Source of the DNA: Felis catus
Taxonomy: Eukaryota
Direction: 5' to 3'
Length of the DNA: 60,000 nt
Assembly: GCF_018350175.1 (NCBI RefSeq)
Contig: NC_058383.1
Location: forward strand, 18,044,001-18,104,000
The notes under the pieces were generated by a model. It had not been told where the DNA came from, searched no databases, and saw only the letters and a program-made list of their open reading frames with translations. Below, piece by piece: positions 50,730 to 60,000 of the stretch (its first letter is position 1; the number at the start of each line of letters is the position of its first letter). The translations under genes were made by a program, and so were the position numbers.

Positions 50730-51794
50730 TGAGCTGCCATCTTTGATATCCAGTGTTTGGTTCCATCCTGTGAGATATACTCCTCATAAGGAAGACAAAA
50801 GACAGACAATAGTGAGAGGAGACAGAGGAAAGATTTAGAGAGAGAGCTTGGAGGAGAAGAGACAAAGAGAAGAGGCAGAAGGAAAAAGGGATGGAGACAG
50901 TGAATACAAAGAACAACCCTTAGAGCAGGAGATGATGGGGAAAGATCAAGACAAACGGAAAGAGAGAAGTAGGAAAGAAAGAAAACCAGAGAGGACAAGA
51001 GAGACAAAACAAAACAGATGAATGAGGAAGTTATCTCACCAGGACATGCTTGTTTTGAACTTGAAGCAGAGATCAGACAATGCAACCTTGGCTGTCCTCT
51101 TTGCTCTCGGAATCTCCAGACCAAGAGCCCTGTCCTATATCTGGCTCCTTAGGTTGGGACTCCCTGGCTTTCCTGGGAGGAGTCCTCAGTCCTAGATGGT
51201 CTATGAGGGGTGGATACTCTATGTGTCCAGCTACTAGTCATTAATCACCAAGGCTAATGACTCCAGCTCTTCCCTGGGCTCCATCCATCTCTCTGCTTGG
51301 GAGGGCCCACTGACTCAGAGGGTCAAAGAGCCAATCCTAGAGGAATCAGGAAGTAGGACTCAGGAGTCCATCCTAGAGACTTCTGTGGAAGAGAAGGGCC
51401 TCAGAAGAGAAGAAATCTATGACATGAATCTAAGGCCTATGGGAAGGAGCTGTTGCCCCGTGTGGGCTTTATCCCCTAGAAGATTCAGCCATGGCTCTCA
51501 GGAACCCCAAGGGCCCGGAGCCCAGAAATGCCCTCAAGGGAGGACCCATCTACCATTACTTCCTCAGCGTCCCACATGCTTATTGGCCTGACTGCCTGTC
51601 TCCCAGGAGGGACATCGACAGGTGTTCAGTGTCCACCTGCAGCAACATGTTACCCTTCTCAGAAAAATTTTGTAAACAGTCTGGCAGATTGAGGATGAAT
51701 AGATGGGGGTGGGGGGGGGAAGGCCAGTACGGCAAAATATTAACCATTGTAGAATCTACGTGGTGTGTATATGAGTGTTCACTGGACAATCTTT

Positions 51795-52015
51795 TCTTTT
51801 TAAAAAAAAACTTTTTTAATGTTTATTTTTGAGAGAGACAGATAGAGTGTGGATGGGGAAGTGGCAGAGAGAAGGGGGAGACACAGAATCTGAAACAGGC
51901 TCCAGGCTCTGAGCTGTCAGCACAGAGACCGACGTGGGGCTCAAACTCTGGAACGGCAAGATCATGACTTAGGCTGAAGTGAGATGCTTAACAGACTAAG
52001 CCACCCAGGCACCCC
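51795..52015 (-). mobile_element. CanSINE specific to unit B, about 500 bp upstream of the ZG16-B TATA box
   Basis: Absent at the paralogous site ~25550-25560 (cactgtacatttctttc). Confidence 0.85.
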
Positions 52016-52525
52016 GTACAATTCCTTCAATTTTTCTATATGTTTGGATTTTTTTTCATATAAAATAACAGGTAAGAGAAGGAAAAAATGTCTGGAAAAT
52101 AGTAGGTGCTCCTAAATACAGGGTGTTGGGCACATAATCCCTTCCCAGGACAGTCTAGATTTCAAATGCAAGACAGTGAGCACGATGTTTATCCTGAAAG
52201 ATGACAGATTGCAAGTAGGAGCACCTGCAGAACAATCAAATAGGGGGGTGGCAACCTTAGACTACACCCAGAAGCAATTAGAAACTTTGCCCACCCAAAG
52301 TTTCTGGCCCTTCGGTTGGTGACCTTTTCTCAAGTTTGTTCTGCCCATCCTGAGACCGGGGCCTTGGCCTAGAGTGGACCCCACCCTGATACCTGTAACT
52401 CTTGAGGGGAGAGGCAGGATAAGATATTCCAGACCCTGCCTGACAACTGACCCTAAGAGGGTGATCATGTTTGCTTAGGTAGTAAGGTTCACACAATAAA
52501 GAGCAGGCAGAGGGCTTGGACCTGG

Positions 52526-52577
52526 TATAAAAGATCTGGAAGTTTCCAGGTGGTTACTTTGCACCTGGAACTGCCAG
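52526..52577 (+). promoter_or_regulatory. ZG16: ZG16 copy B TATA box (52526-52532) and non-coding exon 1 ending at 52577
   Basis: TATAAAAG and CAG|GTGAGG donor paralogous to copy A; TGTTTGCT at 52468-52475. Confidence 0.75.
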
Positions 52578-53456
52578 GTGAGGGGTGACAGAGGCCTGGG
52601 CTAAGGGGTGAAAGGGATGGCTGGATTTGAGTTAGGGGGGAATTCAAACGGCGGTGGACAGCAGCCTGCCTGGAGTGAGCGGCAGGGGAGACCTGTGTGG
52701 CAGCTACCTGGGGCATCTGAGGGAGGTGCAAAGTATCTGGGTCTCAGAGGAAGGACTGGAGACACCTGGGATGCTTGGAGTATTGATACAGCCAGATTTG
52801 TGTTAGTGGAGAAAGAATTATGACAAATAGACCAGGCATCTGGAATCTGATATCTTGAGCTGTGGTCCAAACTCGTTGTGCAGTTTCTCAACTGCTCCAA
52901 TGCTGGTATTGGCACAGTCTCGTTTATAATCACCCTTACTGCCCGGGTGACACAAAGACGCACCCCTAAAATGCTCCTTTCTTTCTGATTGGAGACTCTG
53001 ACCCGAATATCCCCCAAGCCGGGACCATGTATCACAGGCAGGTTGCAGTTAGGTTTTGCTCAGAATCCTGGTTTGGTAAACTCAACCATCTCTATGGTTT
53101 GGAGATGGCCTCCACTTCTTTGAAACTCTTTTCCTGCTTTGTGCCAGGAGGGATCAGGACTTACATGGGTTGGTCAAGACAGAGGCTTCTGACTCAGGAT
53201 GGAACAAGGGGGTCGGCTACCTCGAGACCAGGGAGGACAGAGGGGTTAAGGACACCGTACCTGCCAGGAGCAGGACTAGAGACTAGGGGCAATCCTTTCT
53301 GAGCCCAAGACTGGGTCAGTTAGGTCTGAGTTGAGGGACAAAGAGGGCTGAGTCTCAACTGGAAGTCTAACCCAGGGAAGCCTGGGTAAATGAAGTCAAA
53401 AGGAAACAGGGTGAATGAACCTTGACATTCTCCTTTCTTTCCCCTCCAGCCCAAGA

Positions 53457-54804
53457 ATGTTGACCATTGCTCTTCTTGCCCTTGTCTGCGCATCAGCCTC
53501 GGCCAATGCCAGTAAGTGAGAAGCCAGGAGCCCAGTATTAGCGTCATGGGAAGGCAGCTTCTTGCACTGCCGGTAGCCAAGGCTCGCAGGGGCTGGCTTG
53601 GGGTGGTGGGTGTCGAGTTGTGGGAGGTGTAGGAGTGGTGAGGAGGGACTGGAGCTCCTTCTGACGCCTACTGTCCCCTCCAGTTCAGGCTAGGTCCTCC
53701 TCCTTCAATGGAGAGTATGGAGGCGGTGGAGGCCGTCGATTCTCCCATTCTGGTTACCAGCTGGAGGGCCCCATCACCGCCATCCGCGTCCGGGTCAACA
53801 GATACTACATCGTAGGGTAAGATTCTTTGTGTGTCTGTGGTTTGGGGATCCTCTCTGATCTTACCACACTGGAAAGTTCTCAGTCACTTTGGGTCACATC
53901 TGTTTCAGTCAACAGGTCCCAGGGATAACTTGGGATGTGAAAGGTATCAGGAGGCTGGGGTCTGAGGCCGGTGCTGCTACAGCCCTACAGACCCCAGCGT
54001 GCATGTCCTCAGGCGAAACTGTACCACAGCCGCTGAGGCGCTGGGAAGCTGGCTACTATGGCCCCACCTGAGGTGTAGATCCCCTCGGGCATCCTCCATC
54101 TTGGATGACGCTCTCCCCAAAACATGTATCCTTGTGATCCTGGGGCAACAGAGTCTCTTCCCTCATGAAAGCCGTCCAGAAAGGCCCATCTGCTTCTTTC
54201 ACGTAGGGGTTGGGGGCACAGCCGGAACCTAGATTTCAAAGTGAAGCTCTACCACTGTCCGGGGGGCTCCGGCCAAGTTACTTTTCCTCTCTGAGCCTAT
54301 CTGTCGGCAAAAGGAGTTGAAGTTCACAGTGGGACCTCAAGGGCTCCCTCATCCCTCACACACCTTGGCACTGGCAGGGGACCTGTCATCTCTGCCACCA
54401 GTTTGCAGGTCTCTCGGCTTGTAGGCCAAGAGGTCCTGAATTCCAATCACCCTGCTCAGTCTTCCCTCCCTCACCACCCCCCACCCAGCCTCCAGGTGCG
54501 CTATGGCAAGGTGTGGAGCGACTATGTGGGTGGCACCCAGGGAGACCTGGAGGAGATTTTCCTGCACCCCGGGGAGTCAGTGATCCAGGTGTCTGGCAAG
54601 TACAAGTACTACCTGAGGAAGCTCGTCTTTGTGACTGACAAGGGCCGGTACCTGCCTTTTGGGAAAGACACAGGCACAAGTTTCAATGCTGCTCCCTTGT
54701 ACCCCAACACCGTGCTACGCTTCATCAGCGGCCGATCTGGTGCCCTCATCAATGCCATCGGCCTGCACTGGGACGTCTATCCCAGCGACTGTGGCAGTTG
54801 CTGA
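53457..54804 (+). CDS. ZG16: Zymogen granule protein 16, copy B (167 aa); coding exons 53457-53511, 53684-53816, 54489-54804
   Basis: Same exon sizes and GT-AG sites as copy A, open frame. Differs from A by T5A, Y26F, E36R, I54V and V131A. Confidence 0.96.
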
Positions 54805-54882
54805 ACCGCAGCCTTGCCCTGGGCCAGGCACTGCAGTGGGGCTGTGAGAACTACCTTACCACCAACCCAACCTACAGGGTTC

Positions 54883-54900
54883 AATAAAAATAATAATAAA
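54883..54900 (+). terminator. ZG16: ZG16 copy B polyadenylation signals
   Basis: AATAAA at 54883 and 54895, same context as copy A. Confidence 0.8.
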
Positions 54901-55984
54901 AGGACATAGCTGACGCTGGAGTGTATGTGGGTGTGTGCAGCTGGGACCCGCCTCCTGACTCTGGCTGTGGATGTGTGAATCTCCTTTCTGGCTATCTGTT
55001 GGACGTCTTTCTGGTGAAGAGTGGGAGGGAGAGAGAGAGGTGTAATGTCTTGGGCTTTTCTGCATAGTTTGTCGAGAAGAGGAAAGATTCTGTCTTGCTC
55101 CAACTCTTTTTTTTCAAGGATAGCTCCTGACACTAGTTTATCCAAACTGGGGTTCCAAGCCTGAGAGTGCGGCCTAGCTTACTGCCCAAACCCCAGATGT
55201 CCAACTCTCTAGACCATGTCTCCCTTGAGATAGTGTCTCCCCACCAAAAGGCTGTCACCTGGCTCTCTTGCCATTAACCCACTTGCTGTCTCTGGGTGGC
55301 CTGGGCCATTTTCTTCCGTGCTTTCTCAGAATCCACCCGACTCCCGAAGCTTGGCCCACGTTTGTGTCAAGAAATCTGTCTCTTACTCCAGCCTGGTTCC
55401 TCCCCACCTTTGCCCATAAGCACTGATGCTCCCTGCTTAGCTCAGCTCGCTCAGAATTGGGCTTCTTTCCCTAGGAAGCCGCTACCTCCTCAACGGCTTC
55501 TACTCTGCCAATACCATCCTCAAAAATGGACATTCCAAGAGGGATAGATGTCCATGGTGGGTTTCCATGAACGTTGGGGGTTGGTTACCATTCAGGGGAA
55601 GCAACAGAGTGGCTGGATAGATTCAGCAAGGATATAAAGTTGCTTTGGAAATAAGCTTTGGACTCTAGTGCCCAGTCCTAAAATTACCACAGTGTTTTGT
55701 TTTTGCCTTTTGGTGGTGGTGGTTGGGGGTGAGGGAAGGCACTCATTGCTCCCCAAAGATTTATTCACATCAAGGGGAATGCCAGAGTCACATTTCTTCC
55801 CAATGAGACAAAGATAATAATTGTTTACATGTAATTTGAGGAAGAAATATTAACATTACAGAAACAAACTCATGCCTAGAGAGTTTTTAGAACAATTCCT
55901 TTATTTCTCTAAAGAATTCCATGGAATGGAGTATCATGTCAGAGTAATTTGTTTTGAGATATAAAGTACATAAAATTCACCCAT

Positions 55985-56016
<32 letters not shown>

Positions 56017-56863
56017 GTTTATTTGAGAGAGAGCATGAGCAGCGGAGGGGCAGAGAGAAGAGAGACAGAGACAGAGAGAATCCCAAGCAGCCTCCACACT
56101 CAGTGCAGAGCCCAAAGCGGGGCTCGATCTCACAAACTGTGAGATCATAACCTCAGCTGAAATCCAGAGTCAGCCACTTCACCGACTGAGCCATCTGGGT
56201 ACCCCAATAATCAACCTTTAAAAGTGTGCCATTTGTGACATTTTTAGTACATTCAGAGATTGTGCAACTATCACCGCTAATGCCAGAATTTCGTCATCAG
56301 CTCAGAAAGAAATCCCATCCCCATTAAGCAGTCGCTCCCCATTCCTCTCCCCCAGCCCCTCGTAACCACCCATCTACTTTCTGTCTCTGTGGATTTCCCT
56401 GTTCCAGGCATTTCATGTAGATGGAATTGTACAGCAGTGTGGTCTTTTGTGTCTGGCTTATCCCATTTAGTGTATTTTCAAGGATCATCCACGTGGTAGC
56501 ACGTTCAGGACTTTGTACCCTTGTGCAGCTGAATCTGACACATCAGGTACCTGGCCAACTTCAGGATCAGCTTTGCACCAGCGGGTCTCACCCTGAGCCA
56601 GTGAAGTCACTGGCACCTGACAGGCAGCTTCCGTAGAAGAGGACAAAGTCATGGGATTCCCGGCTTTTGTGTAGTCGACATATTAGGCTTTTGTAAAAGA
56701 TTTTATTTAAAGAAAATTTTCCTTTCCTTATAGTTCTAAAATTGCTAAATTGAGCTAATCATACGTTTATCAAATGCTCTCTGCTAGGTGCTTGGGAATA
56801 CAAAGACCACTGAAGAATTGTTTCTTTTCCTCTAGTCAAAGGGAAGACTTGGTGAAGGAAGGG

Positions 56864-56906
<43 letters not shown>

Positions 56907-58700
56907 CGTACGCATGTGCGTGTGTGATAGAGGCACAGTACTGGGCTCAGGCCACAGCCTATGCAGAAATATGAACACATTAAAATCACAATCGCACAGT
57001 TAAAATGCAAAGTTCTACTGGGTAAAGATGAAGCCTCATGGAAAGACAGGGACCATGCATGTCATGCTGAACTGTTGAAACTTTATTTTATGGGCTACAA
57101 GAAGCCACTGAACCAAGATTTCGTCCAGGGGATTGGTAAGATTTATACGAAAATCATTTTTCCTTGTATAAGTGGGGAAAATGGATTGAAGGTGAAGCAG
57201 GATGAGATAACAGTTAAGAGACTAGGTCTAGATCAGAAATGATGGATGTCTGAACAAAGGCAGTGATGTGAGGGAAAAAAGAGAGGGAGGAATTTGAGAG
57301 ATTCGAGGGGGAGGGGAGACTCAGAAGAACTTGATAAAAGAACCCATGAAGGTGAGTCAAAGAGGAGAGTCTAGAAGAACTATCATGTCTAGTATGGGCA
57401 ACTGGGAAGACAGAGATTCTTTCTAAGATGAGGACTACAGGAGAAGAAATTAGCTTTTGGACCTGCTGCATTTTTAAATAATACTTATTTGTTTTGAGAG
57501 GGATGAAGAGAGAGAAAGAGAGCAAGAGAGTGCAGTAGCAGGGAAGCGAGAGAGAGAGAATCCCAAGCAGGGTCCGTGCCACTAATGCAGAGCTTTATGC
57601 AAGGCTCGATCTCACAAACCTGAGATCATGACCTGAGCCGAAATCAAGAGTCAAACGCTTAACTGACTGAGCCAGACAGCTGCCCCAAGGACCTGTTGCA
57701 TTTTGACATATCTGTGGCACATCCTGATGGAGACCCAACATTACACAGAGGACTATTTAGCAATAAAGGCTTGGATACAGCTTTCAGGTAAGCCTTAGAT
57801 TCAGGAGTCACAAGCACAGAGACAATGGACTTCCAGTGGTGGATATGTGGAAGAAGTCACGTGGGAAAACTGTGGGCATATAAAATGAGAAGGCTGGCGT
57901 CAGAGGATTGGAGAATACCAAAGAGGAATTGGTTAGAGAAAAGAGACGGGAGGGGCCGGGGAGGGAATGCACTCAGGGGCAAGAGAGTAATTTCATGGAG
58001 CTGTTACTGCCATCTAAGCAAGAAAAAGACCGACTTGAGATTCTTTGCTTTTGGCAATCAGAAGGTCACGAATAATCCCAAAAGAGCTTCGGGGGATTGG
58101 GAGAAGCTGAAACCAGGCTGCAGTTGGCTAAGGAATGAATGAGAAATGAGGAAATACAGGCAGCAAGACTTGAATATTCCAAGATGTCTGGCTCCAGAAA
58201 GCCAGAAAATAGGCTAGTCACAGTTATGGGGAATGTAAGGAAAGAGAGATCGGGTTTTTTTCCTAGACAAGGGAGACATCAGCATGTTTATATGACGAAG
58301 AAGGAGTCAGAGGGAGGAAGAGGCTGAGGATTCAGGAAAGAGGAGGGAACTGATGGAACAAGGTCTCGCAGGAGATTGGGGAGGATGTTTTACGTAGCTG
58401 TTGGGGCAGGAAACCTTAAGAAAGAAGAAAATGAAGATGAGTGAAGGTACAGGTTAGTTTGTAGAGGGAGTGGGTATGGAGCAAACCTTGAGGGAATTAA
58501 TACCCAACCTTGACTTGTTCGGTTGCATAAGTAAACCTGCCTGTTGTATGAGTCACATTCTTCCAGAGGAAAGCCAGCAGGAGACATATGTATATATATA
58601 CATAAAGAGTTTTTTTCTTTTAAGATTTCATTTCATTTTATTTATTTAAATGCTTTATTTTTGTGAGAGAGGGAGAAAGACAGAGCACAGGAGGAGGAAG

Positions 58701-58742
<42 letters not shown>

Positions 58743-60000
58743 ATCCGAAGCAGGCTCCAGCTGTCAACACAGAGCCCACTCAGCGCTTGAACTCGTGAAC
58801 CGCAACATCATGACCTGAGCTGAATTTGGATGCTTAACCAAAGGAGCCACCCAGGCGCCGCTTTAAGGTTATTTACTTATTTATTTAAATTTTTTATGTT
58901 TATTTTGAGCGTGCGCGCGCGAAAGAGAGAGCAAGAGAGAGCGCGCACGCAATAGCAAGCGTAAGTTGGGGAGGGGCAGAGAGAGAGAGAGAGAGAGAGA
59001 GACAGAATCCGATGTGGGCTTCAGGCTCTGAGCTGTCAGCACAGAGCCAGACATGGGGCTTGAACTCATGAACTTGAGAGCATGACCTGAGCTGAAGTCA
59101 GACACTTAATGGACTGACCACCCAGGCGTCCCTTCTTATGCCTGTTGTTGGAAGTATTTTTTTAATGTTTTTTTTCCTCCTTTGTTGACTTAAGAGCTAT
59201 AACTCTTTCAGTGTGTGTGTGTAGTTGCTTTACGGTTTATAGCATTCAACTTTAACCTATCTCAGTCTGCTTCTGAGAAGCATTACACCACATCATACAT
59301 AGTATAAAAATCTTTCAACTGTAGACTTCCATTTCACCTCTCCTGGCCTCTATGCTATCATTTTCATGTATTTACTTTTATATATATTGTAACCTCCACA
59401 GTATACTATTCTTTTTTTTGAAAAAAATCAATTGTCTTTGAAAGTTACTTAAATAAGAAAATAAGTCATATGTATATATACACATATATATGTATAGATA
59501 TACACATATATATACATATGTCTACTATTTTTTTAAAAATTTTTAATTTTTATATAATCTCCATATCCAACGTGGGGCTTGATCTCACAACCCAGAGATC
59601 AAGAGTCGCGTGGTCTATCAACTGAGCCACTCAGGCACCCCTACAATTTCTACTATTTCTGATGCTCCTCATTCCTTTGGTGAATCCAGATTTCTTCTAG
59701 GATTATATTTCTGCTGTTCAAAGGATGTCATTTTACAATTTCATTGGGTGTGGGTCTTCTGGTTCAGTTTTTGTAAATCTGAAGATGTCTTTTTTTGCCT
59801 TCACTTTTTTTTAATTGAGATGTAACTGACATAGAACATTATATTAGTTGAAGTGTATAATGTGATGACTCGATATCTGTGTATATTGCACAATGATTAC
59901 CACAAGAAGTCTAGTTAACATTCATCTCCATACATAGTCACAGTTTTCTTTTCTTGTGATGAGAACTTTTAAGATCTACTCTCTTAGCAACTTTCCAGTA

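Larger units (their letters stand above)
43270..60000 (+). repeat. Segmental duplication unit B (runs off the window end)
   Basis: See unit A; offset about 26.2-27.5 kb for the collinear blocks outside the indels. Confidence 0.92.

Noticed and set aside
6913..59641. Near-equal ~26.5 and ~26.2 kb spacing of R1-R2-R3 as a selected periodicity
   Set aside because: The two intervals differ by large independent insertions and deletions, so similar length is probably coincidence.
43270..60000. Unit B as a falsely duplicated second haplotype
   Set aside because: About 85% identity in the promoter, copy-specific SINEs with TSDs and reciprocal multi-kb deletions exceed allelic variation. Read depth is still needed for final proof.

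Overview
Mammalian (felid/feliform, judged from dense SINEC_Fc-type CanSINEs and an L1_Fc-like LINE) genomic DNA, syntenic with human 16p11.2. It holds the single-coding-exon gene C16orf54 (minus strand, 12965-13639) and TWO intact tandem copies of the secreted jacalin-type lectin ZG16 (copy A CDS 26969-28331, copy B CDS 53457-54804; both 167 aa, each with TATA box, non-coding exon 1, three coding exons and poly(A) signal), about 26.5 kb apart. Both copies encode Asn at position 151, where human ZG16 has the mannose-binding Asp151. They differ at five residues, including a Glu/Arg charge reversal at position 36 beside the GG loop. Identity between the duplicated units is patchy (about 85% in the upstream promoter, 98-99% over intron 3, exon 4 and the 3' flank), which suggests gene conversion. 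Rearrangement scars include a chimeric SINE marking a ~3.5 kb SINE-SINE deletion in unit A, a ~5 kb deletion in unit B, a three-copy 1.5 kb module and a small inverted paralogous block. A full-length, inactivated L1 (34702-41479) lies between the two genes. All alignments and mismatch counts were made by eye and are approximate.
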